64,000 bases of DNA from Bryobacterales bacterium (GTDB taxonomy: Bacteria; Acidobacteriota; Terriglobia; Bryobacterales; UBA6623): contig CBDHHA010000008.1 of the NCBI GenBank assembly GCA_965263255.1, positions 1,916,510 to 1,980,509 of the forward strand, written 5' to 3'. A program made the translations under genes and the position numbers. Positions within the stretch are counted from its first letter, which is position 1. Every line of letters starts with the position of its first letter. Positions 28,701 to 35,942 of this stretch are shown here, piece by piece. Under the pieces are notes generated by a model. That model saw only the letters and a program-made list of their open reading frames with translations. It ran no database searches and had not been told where the DNA came from.

Positions 28701-30912
28701 GGTCAGCCAGGCTCGGATTGGTGAATCGCCAACCACGACGTAGATCCGACCAGATCCGGTACGAGAGCACTTTGGCCAGAGCACGTTCAGCGTCGCTGCG
28801 AATGACCGGTCCATTATCTGGATTCAGCATCCAGTGCCTGCGAAGGTCTTTGTTCGAGTCTGTGAACCCGAGCGCCCGCTGCACGCGGTAACCGAATTCT
28901 TCGTCGGCCAAGCCGTGCTCGCCAGCCCGGAGTACGGCTTGCAGCATCGCCCCGCGGAGCAGTGTGACGAACACAAAGTCGTTGAAGTGTCCAGCTTGGA
29001 GCGCAGCATCTTGTCGGTTGTCAATGAACCCGAGCAGCTTGCGCTTGTCATCCGGAACCTCGCTCTCTGGGCGGTTCAGCCACTGGAGGGCACTCGAGAC
29101 GAAGAGGGTGCTGGCGGAACTTCGGCCCTCCGATGTCAGCCCGGCTAGCTTGGTCCGTTCTCGTGTCGCAGCGTGCGGAGCGTCAATGCAGGCCAAGCAG
29201 AAACGGAATTTACCCGGAATGAACCAGAAGGCTTCGCCACTGTCGGAGACCGAGCCATCCCGAGCAACTCGCAATTCTTCGGGTATATGCCTTCTTCGGT
29301 GGCTTCGAATCCTGGTCACGCCTCTGGAGACTTCCGTCCAGTCCTCGGGCACAGTGTCGATGCTTCCGTCGAACCGGAGCGCAAACTCTCCAACCCCATC
29401 AGGCGTCAGGTAGCCCGCAACCTCCGCATCGTTTTCATCGTTGTTCGGCGTTTCGTCAATGCTTCGAGGCAGCAAACAGAATCCGTCCGCGGTCGCGACT
29501 CTGTTCACCACGTAGTATTCCTGGCCACACTCGCGACAGAATCGAACCGGATAGAGACGCGTTCCCGGGGCACTGGGGTCCTCTAGCTGGCCGTCCAGAA
29601 GTACTGTTCGCGGCCTTGACTGCAGGGTTACGAAAACGTCCCCTGCCCCCGCAACGAACCGGTGGAGCTTGAACGCAAGAAACGCATTCTCCCCGGAGCC
29701 GCCTCGTTCCGTCTCAGGCAGGCTGACCTGTGTCAGAAACTGCTCAAGGACAGTTTGGCAGCGGTCAGGGGCTGCTCCGCTGACACTCGCCAGGGCCTCG
29801 GCAGCTCGGGCGACTGACATGGGTGGTCGCCGCTTCAGTATCTGTCCATCATCAAGCCCGACGGCTAGCTCCACCCAAACTGCAAGCGCATGTTCGCGAA
29901 GGTCGGAGTCGGAGAGGCGCCTAGGGAGATCGCCAGCGACAATGGCCGGAAGCTGGTCCTTCACATCGTCAACCGTCAGGTGGTTGGCGGTCGCGCGACG
30001 CAAGGATTCGTCGATCACCGCATCTGGCCCAACCGGGGTTCCGAACAGGCGTGACGCCACCCTTGCGACCGCCCGCGCACGGTCGGAATCGCTTCCCTCG
30101 CTGGCCATCGTCGCCGACGTTCCGATGCAGATGGGAGCCTTGTCGCGCGCACAACGATCGCGAAGTCGCCGGACCAAGACAGCTACATCGGCCCCCTGGC
30201 GCCCTCTGTAGGTATGGAGTTCATCGAGAACGATGAATTGCAAGTCCTTGGCATTCGCAATGACCCGCGAATCAATGGGATTCTGCCTCGTCAGGAGCAG
30301 TTCTGCCATCATGAAGTTGGTCAACAGTATATCGGGCGGATTCGAGGCGATTCGCTCGCGCTCTTCATTTCGCTCTTGCCCCGTGTATCGTCGGACAACG
30401 GGACGAAGATTCGAAGATACACCGGACTTCTCGATGAACTTATTGATTTCGTTGAGTTGGCTGTTCGCGAGCGCATTCATCGGGTAGATGATGATCGCTC
30501 TTGTCCCATTTCCCTCCCCAGCTTTCCTCGACCGAATGATGGCATCGACGATCGGGACGAAGAAGCAGAGCGACTTCCCCGAACCGGTTCCCGTTGTTAC
30601 TACGAAACTCTGGTTCCCACACGCTTTAGCTATCGCTTGGCCTTGATGCCGGTGGAAGCGTATAGGCTTACCTCCGAGTTGGAAGACCTGACATGTTTCA
30701 GCACATATATCACCGGATGCGACCAGTTCCTCTGCGGACGGTCCTTTTTCATATAGAGGATTCAGGGATACGAGTGCATCTGGCCAAAAGTGGCCTTCCT
30801 GATACTTGCGTTCAATTCCTTCCTTTAGGTCATCCGCTCTGATCTTGCTGAATGATCGAGAGAAATCACTGTAGCTATCGATAAGGTTTTGATCGAACTC
30901 AAATGCCTTCAT
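25717..30912 (-). CDS. Giant DExH helicase fused to a DUF1998 module (DrmA-DrmB-like fusion)
   Basis: Walker A TTGTGSGKS (res 108-116), DELH (231-235), TSAT, FIDNRQDAA, TPTMELGVDI and QRAGRSGRSGQ (about res 1005-1046). The DUF1998-type block is YRYLATEGFLPGYNFP...CPNCGASHSDEVERCHGC...CVRGCYRCLLSYYNQ. I prefer the ATG at 30912; the track uses a TTG at 30918. Confidence 0.85.
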   Translation of the reverse strand: MKAFEFDQNLIDSYSDFSRSFSKIRADDLKEGIERKYQEGHFWPDALVSLNPLYEKGPSAEELVASGDICAETCQVFQLGGKPIRFHRHQGQAIAKACGNQSFVVTTGTGSGKSLCFFVPIVDAIIRSRKAGEGNGTRAIIIYPMNALANSQLNEINKFIEKSGVSSNLRPVVRRYTGQERNEERERIASNPPDILLTNFMMAELLLTRQNPIDSRVIANAKDLQFIVLDELHTYRGRQGADVAVLVRRLRDRCARDKAPICIGTSATMASEGSDSDRARAVARVASRLFGTPVGPDAVIDESLRRATANHLTVDDVKDQLPAIVAGDLPRRLSDSDLREHALAVWVELAVGLDDGQILKRRPPMSVARAAEALASVSGAAPDRCQTVLEQFLTQVSLPETERGGSGENAFLAFKLHRFVAGAGDVFVTLQSRPRTVLLDGQLEDPSAPGTRLYPVRFCRECGQEYYVVNRVATADGFCLLPRSIDETPNNDENDAEVAGYLTPDGVGEFALRFDGSIDTVPEDWTEVSRGVTRIRSHRRRHIPEELRVARDGSVSDSGEAFWFIPGKFRFCLACIDAPHAATRERTKLAGLTSEGRSSASTLFVSSALQWLNRPESEVPDDKRKLLGFIDNRQDAALQAGHFNDFVFVTLLRGAMLQAVLRAGEHGLADEEFGYRVQRALGFTDSNKDLRRHWMLNPDNGPVIRSDAERALAKVLSYRIWSDLRRGWRFTNPSLADLRLIEPHFVGLDDIAGDQQRLERVLPALGTLDRTGRKSVIGKVLKFMLEGLAVGTEALDPAILDMVGQKSRTLLRSPWGIDGQEALRPHTKLCLTAPGKREVSLGEERLILRAGPRSRLGRSLNRREVISQKLSQEEYLAFLQRLLNVLGEDGLISPVSGDRNLQGWRLSPSAVRLVGGDAALSEHAHGNTYFHGLYTRIGDELGASVCSLFGMESREHTAQVTVRQREWREWRFRYEQDDRQRLAESEAQITASGESGNLLPALFCTPTMELGVDISALNAVYLRNVPPTPASYAQRAGRSGRSGQSAAILTYCAAQSPHDQYYFERRIEMVAGAVRPPALDITNESLVTSHLHAVWLAETGLDLAPKIPDILDLNQEAYPLQGAVAEAVTKPGLTERAQESMSRILYQILDSLESGIPAWMDDPEQFVATVAEGAPEQFDRAFERWRQLYGAAHTQLSEANQESERPGLSDKERRRVRARQAQASDQIEILEQGRETGGSDFYSYRYLATEGFLPGYNFPRLPLYAFIPGSRGPSLSKHGTYLQRARFLAISEFGPRSLIYHEGRAFRVVRAKLPPEVRTRDGQELSTRDLVICPNCGASHSDEVERCHGCASSMSNAVRVKRTLRIDNVEAVPAERITVNDEERVRMGFDIQTVFAWPVKHGHGGLDVSEAVFRVDDTSIITLQYANSARISRINKGLKRRSNRNVLGFVIDPRTGYWAKSEDEDPESDAPPDEAARVRIVPIVEDRKNALLLRFETPGRYHPKTIATVQHALVRGLTVVFQLEEGEILAEPLPDRDKRRAILAYEATEGGAGVLSRLIEDPEALRRVARQALVLMHLDGVAEAVRDGSTDHLRDLPDAPCVRGCYRCLLSYYNQPDHENIDRTSEQVRQLLVDLARGDVVPTKVSAENGAAAGWRDIIAEHGLPLPDAEPLTLGGTSFPFTWHRHYVAAMVGSIPDVARTEAEDRGWMLYELTDGGSDGVPAELIDALRE

Positions 30913-31545
30913 GCCCAACTGACCAAATCACACTCTTGGACACCCACCATCGAACCCATCGCACCGAGAGATCAACATTTACTCTAGGAACTCTCGCAAG
31001 ATTTCTACCCCAACCGGAGAAACTTCGAACCGCAGGAAACATCGTGACGAGCCCGCCGTGACTACTCCGCGGTGGTTGGATTGGCAGGCGTCCGAAGAGC
31101 CCAACCCAATTGCACTCCAGCGCTCGTACGACCGAAGGCACTCCGGCGTACAGAGAACTGCGCCGACCGCACCGGAGGGTCAGTGCGGCTTGAACCCGTC
31201 CCGGACTCAGCGCAACCATCACGAATCCCTGAACGACACTAGCAAACTCTGGTCGCCTCACGGGTCGCATTCGAATCGCAGCGGGCCAGTTCAAGGATTA
31301 GATTGTGACTCGATGGGGTGAGAACAGCTGTTGGAAACCATGGGGTCCATGATCGGTAGCCGGTTCGGGTGTCTTAGTCGACACGACAAGACCACTGAGC
31401 CTGGTGGGAGCAGACTGTAGCCCGAGTGGCGGGGTGTGCCAGTTGTTCCCGCCCCAGCGTCGGATTGGCCCGGTGATCCGCCAGACAGCCCAGCCGTCGC
31501 GCACCCGGGCCGACGATGCAATCCCTTCGGCGGAGGAGAGGGGAC

Positions 31546-33090
31546 CTAGTAGTCCGGTCCTGCGTCCGGAGGCCTCGGAAACAGCCGGATCGCCGAGTAG
31601 CGGATGTAATCGTCCCAAATCTCCCCGTTGCCTCCGGCTCGCGGGTCCCCCGTCTCTTCGAGATAGGCATCGAGCTCTTCGCGAAACTCGACGAGCAGTG
31701 CGGCATGATCGTCCTGCGACGCGAGATTATTCAAGCACCCCGGATCGGCCTCGAGATCGAACAGTTCCTCCGCCGGGCGCTTGCCGACAGACCAGTCCAG
31801 GTACTGCCGAATCCCCTCGTCGTCGTGTCCTTCCACGAGCAGCGTCAGCGTCGGCGAGGCATCGATGTCGTGGTAGGAAAGGTGCATCTCCTCGAGGCTT
31901 CCGTCCGGAAGGTACTTCTGAGGGTCCCCTGCGGGCCAGCGCTGAGGCTTGAAGTTCCGAATGTAGAGATGCTGCGGAGTCCGCATCGACCTTTGCGGGT
32001 ACGTCAGGTTGTTCCAGCGGGAGGACGAGTGCCGCTCCCGTCCCGAGAACGCCCGGGTGCGGGTGGAGTCGACCAGGCCGTCGTTCTGTGACTCAAGAAT
32101 CCCTCGAATGCTCCGCCCAGCCAAGGCGGACTCGCCTCCGGGATGCGAGACCCCGGCCAGATCCAGGATCGTAGCAGTCAGGTCGACGAACTGGACAATG
32201 TCCTCGACCGTCCGTCCCGCCCGGCCCGGCCCGGCCCATCGAACCGCCAGAGGCATGTGGATGCCGTAGTCGTAGAGGTTGGCTTTCGCGCGGGGGAATG
32301 CCATTCCGTTGTCAGAGGTGAAGATCACCAGGGTGTTGTCGAGCTCACCCTTGGATTCCAGATAGTCAAGGATCCGGCCGACATGAGCATCGAACCACTC
32401 GATCTCGACGGCGTAATCGAGCAGGTCCTCGCGGACTTCCGGGGTGTCAGGCAGGAACGGCGGAACCTCGGCATCCTCGAGGCTCTTGCCCGCAGCCCTC
32501 CAAGACCCCCGCTCGAACACCCGGTGGGCTTCACTGCCACCGACCCAGAAGCTGAAGGGCTGGCCCTCGGGCTTGCTTTCGTAGAAGTCCTCGAAGTTGC
32601 CCGCGTAGTCCCAGTCCCGTATGCCTTGGTAGGGGGGCTCGAGCGTTCGCTTCATGAAGGGCGGCCCGGCAGGATTCCGCGTCCTACCGGACCGTTCCCA
32701 GCGTCCGGGCCCCCACGGCTTGCCGGTATAGCCGATGGCGTACCCGGCGTCCTCCAGCAGGTCCTGGTACGAGACGTACTTGGCCGGGAAGGAACTCGCG
32801 TGCGTTCCGGCCTGCTCGATCATCCAGATGTGCCGGCCCGTCAGGAACGCGGCACGCGTGGGGCTGCAGCCGGGCGCGGGAGCATAGGCGTTCCGGAACC
32901 AAACGCCTTCGGACGCCACCCGGTCGAACCCTGGCGTCGTAACCATCGTCGAGCCCGCAGCCGAAACGTGCGGGTAGGACACGTCGTCCCAGATCGCGAA
33001 GAGAATGTTCGGACGGTCGCTAACTGGGACCGAAGAGCATCCAGTCAGGAGCAGGCAGGCGCAGAGGAACGGCAGGCTCAGCCGGGTCAT
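31546..33090 (-). CDS. Sulfatase family protein (lipoprotein-type signal)
   Basis: I chose the internal ATG at 33090 (MTRLSLPFLCACLLLTGCSS). NILFAIWDDVSY, and the signature CSPTRAAFLTGR. Confidence 0.85.
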   Translation of the reverse strand: MTRLSLPFLCACLLLTGCSSVPVSDRPNILFAIWDDVSYPHVSAAGSTMVTTPGFDRVASEGVWFRNAYAPAPGCSPTRAAFLTGRHIWMIEQAGTHASSFPAKYVSYQDLLEDAGYAIGYTGKPWGPGRWERSGRTRNPAGPPFMKRTLEPPYQGIRDWDYAGNFEDFYESKPEGQPFSFWVGGSEAHRVFERGSWRAAGKSLEDAEVPPFLPDTPEVREDLLDYAVEIEWFDAHVGRILDYLESKGELDNTLVIFTSDNGMAFPRAKANLYDYGIHMPLAVRWAGPGRAGRTVEDIVQFVDLTATILDLAGVSHPGGESALAGRSIRGILESQNDGLVDSTRTRAFSGRERHSSSRWNNLTYPQRSMRTPQHLYIRNFKPQRWPAGDPQKYLPDGSLEEMHLSYHDIDASPTLTLLVEGHDDEGIRQYLDWSVGKRPAEELFDLEADPGCLNNLASQDDHAALLVEFREELDAYLEETGDPRAGGNGEIWDDYIRYSAIRLFPRPPDAGPDY

Positions 33091-33169
33091 CGAGAGCAGT
33101 GTACCGAAGCAGGCCAGGAAGGCGTGGGAGCGAACCGCTTCACAGCGGGTCTCGCCTATATTGAAGACA

Positions 33170-34480
33170 GTGGCCCGGACGCATGCGGGATTGGCGGCGG
33201 CGACTCTCCTAGGACTGTCGCTCGGAGCCCCCGACGCACTCGAGGCCCTGCAGCTGGAGCGCTCCTCGGAACTGGTCCGCCACGGCCTGATGGCGCTGCA
33301 ATCCCGCGACATTCCTCAGGCCCAGGAACTCCTGGAGCGGGCGATCGAAGAATCGCCCCAGGACGCAAGGGCGTGGATCGGGCTGGCGCAAGTCTACGGA
33401 ACCTTGAACCTGCGGATGCAGGCCTCCAGGCATGCGTCCGAGGCCGCCCGCCTCGGCAGTGACAACCCCCTGATCCAGCATGCGCTGGCGATGTTCTACA
33501 CCGAGTTTGGGGACCTGGCCGAAGCCGCCAGATGGGAGGAGAGGTTCGCCGGCGGCGAGATGGGCGACCAGGAAGCCTACGTGCGCACGGTTTCCCTTTA
33601 CCTGCAAGCCGGCATGCCCCTCAAGGCCGCATCTGTCGGCAAGGCTGCCCTGGAGGACGCATCGGGCAGCTCGGCGGCGATGCACAACGTACTCGGAAAG
33701 GCCTACACAATGGCCGGCCAGATGGAGGACGGACTGCGTCACTTGGAGCTTGCAGTGCAATCGAATCCCTACGAGGAATCCCTGCACTACGACCTAGGCT
33801 ATTTCCACCTGCGAAACCAGGACTTCGACTCAGCCGCAGAGGCGTTCCTGGGCGGCAGGCGGTACTTCGACAAGAGCGCGGCCATCGAGATCGGGCTGGG
33901 CATCGCCGCGTACGGGCAGCGCAAGTTTGCAGAGGCCGTCGACCGCTTCCTCCGGGCCGCAGAGCTTGCACCAGGACTCGAGCAACCCCATGCCTTCCTC
34001 GGGCGGCTCCTCCAGCACGCCGGCGGCCGGATCGATGACGTGGAGGAGCGGTTGCGGGCGTACCACGAACAGGAACGGACGAGCCATTTCGGGCCGTTGC
34101 TGTACGGTCAGGCGCTGCTGGCCAGACCCGGTGCCAGGAATGATGCGCAGGCGCTGGCCGAAGCGGAGGCCTTGTTCCAGGAGTCGATCGATCGCCGGGA
34201 GGACTTCTGGGAATCGCATTACGAGCTCGGCGTGCTCCTCGAAGGAAAGCGCGAGTTCGCCGCGGCAGAGAAGCACCTCCAGCGCGCCGCGACCCTCAAT
34301 CCGGACTCGTCCAAGCCCCACTACAGGCTGGCTCGCGTATACCAGCGGCTCGGCAAGAGCCAGGAAGCGAAGCGCGAGCGCGAATTGCACAAGCGCATCG
34401 CCGAGCGGGAGCGGGAGTCCCTGAGGGCCAGCGGGCTTCCGGGCGACCTAGCCGGGCCGATCGGTTCGGCCGCCCGCTAG
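33170..34480 (+). CDS. Tetratricopeptide (TPR) repeat protein, secreted
   Basis: Repeated TPR-like helices (AWIGLAQVYGTLN, HNVLGKAYTMAGQMEDGLRHLELAVQSNP, HYELGVLLEGKREFAAAEKHLQRAATLNP, HYRLARVYQRLGK). The start is uncertain (TTG 33161 or GTG 33170) and lies ahead of a signal-like stretch, ARTHAGLAAATLLGLSLGAP. Confidence 0.7.
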   Translation: MARTHAGLAAATLLGLSLGAPDALEALQLERSSELVRHGLMALQSRDIPQAQELLERAIEESPQDARAWIGLAQVYGTLNLRMQASRHASEAARLGSDNPLIQHALAMFYTEFGDLAEAARWEERFAGGEMGDQEAYVRTVSLYLQAGMPLKAASVGKAALEDASGSSAAMHNVLGKAYTMAGQMEDGLRHLELAVQSNPYEESLHYDLGYFHLRNQDFDSAAEAFLGGRRYFDKSAAIEIGLGIAAYGQRKFAEAVDRFLRAAELAPGLEQPHAFLGRLLQHAGGRIDDVEERLRAYHEQERTSHFGPLLYGQALLARPGARNDAQALAEAEALFQESIDRREDFWESHYELGVLLEGKREFAAAEKHLQRAATLNPDSSKPHYRLARVYQRLGKSQEAKRERELHKRIAERERESLRASGLPGDLAGPIGSAAR

Positions 34481-35634
34481 CGGGCCGGCTGCTGCACCGG
34501 GACGGGCGCTCGTATCGGCAGTTGCTCCGCGATCTCGATACCGAAGCCTTCCAGCCCGGCGACCCGCCGCGGACGGTTCGTCAGAAGGCGGATCTTCTTC
34601 AAGCCTAGATCCTTGAGGATCTGCGCTCCCAGCCCGACCCGGTACTGCAGCCGGGACCCGGAGCCGCCTCCCTTTCTTCTGTCCAGCTGCGGATGCGGCC
34701 TGATCGTCCCGGCTCCGCCAGGACCCTCCTCGAGGACGAAGCCCAGCGCACCTTGATGGAGATAGACCAAGGCCCCCCTGCCCTCCTCGGCAATCATGCG
34801 CAAAGAATCGTGCACGTAACGGTAGCTGGGATTCGCGACGGCACCGAAGACATCCCCGAACACATCGTGAGAGTGCATGCGCACCATGATCGGATCGTCC
34901 CCCGCGACATCCCCCATGACAAGCGCCAAATGCACCTCGCTGTCCAGGTCGGTCCTGTAGGCGACCACGCGGTAATCGCCGAATTCAGTGGAGACGGATC
35001 CCTCCCCTGCGCGCTGGACGAACGTCTCGTGCTCCAGCCTGAAGCGGATCAGGCTGGCGACAGTGAGCATCTTCAGCTGATGCGCCTGGCAAAAGTCCAG
35101 CAGGTCGGGCACGCGCGCCATCGTGCCGTCGTCCTTCATGATTTCGCAAATCACGCCAGCGGGAATCATCCCGGCTAGCCTTGCCAGGTCAACGGCTGCT
35201 TCGGTTTGGCCCGCTCTGACAAGAACGCCGCCCTTCCGCGCGCGGAGCGTCTGAACATGCCCCGGACGAGCAAGGTCCGATGCTCGCGAGGCCGGATCGA
35301 TGGCGACTTGGATTGTGCGCGATCGGTCCGCAGCGGATATGCCGGTTGTCACCCCATGGGCGGCGTCGATGGGCTCGCTGAAGGCCGTGCCGAATATGGA
35401 AGTGTTCCGCTGGGAGACCAACGGGATATTGAGATGGTCGAGGCGCTGCTCGGTCAGCGCGAGGCAGATCAAGCCACGACCGTGCGTGGCCATGAAGTTG
35501 ATCGCTTCAGGAGTGGCGTGCTCTGCACAGAGGGTCAAATCCCCCTCGTTCTCGCGGTCGGCATCGTCGACCACGACGATCATGCGCCCTCCGCGGAGTT
35601 CCTCAAGTGCCTCCTCGACAGGGACGAAAGCCAC
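34477..35634 (-). CDS. ribBA: Bifunctional 3,4-dihydroxy-2-butanone-4-phosphate synthase / GTP cyclohydrolase II
   Basis: GRMIVVVDDADRENEGDLTLCAEHATPEAINFMATHGRGLICLAL (RibB) followed by a RibA-like C-terminal half; 385 aa; GTG start. Confidence 0.92.
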   Translation of the reverse strand: MAFVPVEEALEELRGGRMIVVVDDADRENEGDLTLCAEHATPEAINFMATHGRGLICLALTEQRLDHLNIPLVSQRNTSIFGTAFSEPIDAAHGVTTGISAADRSRTIQVAIDPASRASDLARPGHVQTLRARKGGVLVRAGQTEAAVDLARLAGMIPAGVICEIMKDDGTMARVPDLLDFCQAHQLKMLTVASLIRFRLEHETFVQRAGEGSVSTEFGDYRVVAYRTDLDSEVHLALVMGDVAGDDPIMVRMHSHDVFGDVFGAVANPSYRYVHDSLRMIAEEGRGALVYLHQGALGFVLEEGPGGAGTIRPHPQLDRRKGGGSGSRLQYRVGLGAQILKDLGLKKIRLLTNRPRRVAGLEGFGIEIAEQLPIRAPVPVQQPAR

Positions 35635-35942
35635 GATTTGATGGTATCAGTGGCGCTTCCGCTGGGCCTTGCTGATCGCGCCGGGAGTCGTCTTGCAGCC
35701 GTGGCGCACAGTTCACGTGCACGGGTTACAGGGACGAGGCCCCGGCGCTGTCCGCTCGCATCCGAGCCGTCCCGAGGCACTCGGCATCCGCGGCAGCAAT
35801 TGATCCGGTGTCGTTGCAATAGGTCGGAAGGCAACGGCTGTGAAACCGCGACCGGCACCGACGGAACAGATCGCTGGATTCCGGCTCGCGCGGGCCAAGC
35901 GGCGAGACATGGAGCCTCGCGCGCCCAGCCCCGGCCGGCAGG

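Noticed and set aside
30950-31300. TTCGAA-containing strings (cttcgaaccgcagg, gggtcgcattcgaatcgc) checked as possible tRNA T-arms or att sites at the island border
   Set aside because: The flanking bases do not pair into a 5-bp T-stem, and no acceptor or anticodon arms can be drawn.
31298-31618. 106-aa minus-strand ORF at the island edge (…VRDGWAVWRITGPIRRWGGNNWHTPP…)
   Set aside because: It overlaps the 3' end of the sulfatase gene in another frame, has no start context and matches no family I can name. It may be a pseudogene remnant, but that is unsupported.
35790-35920. Plus-strand string AGGUCGGAAGGCAACGGCUGUGAAACC, resembling the SRP RNA helix-8 GGAA tetraloop region
   Set aside because: It lacks the conserved AGCAGCC / GGCAG asymmetric-loop partners, and I could draw no extended helix. 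The region is also the ribBA leader on the other strand.
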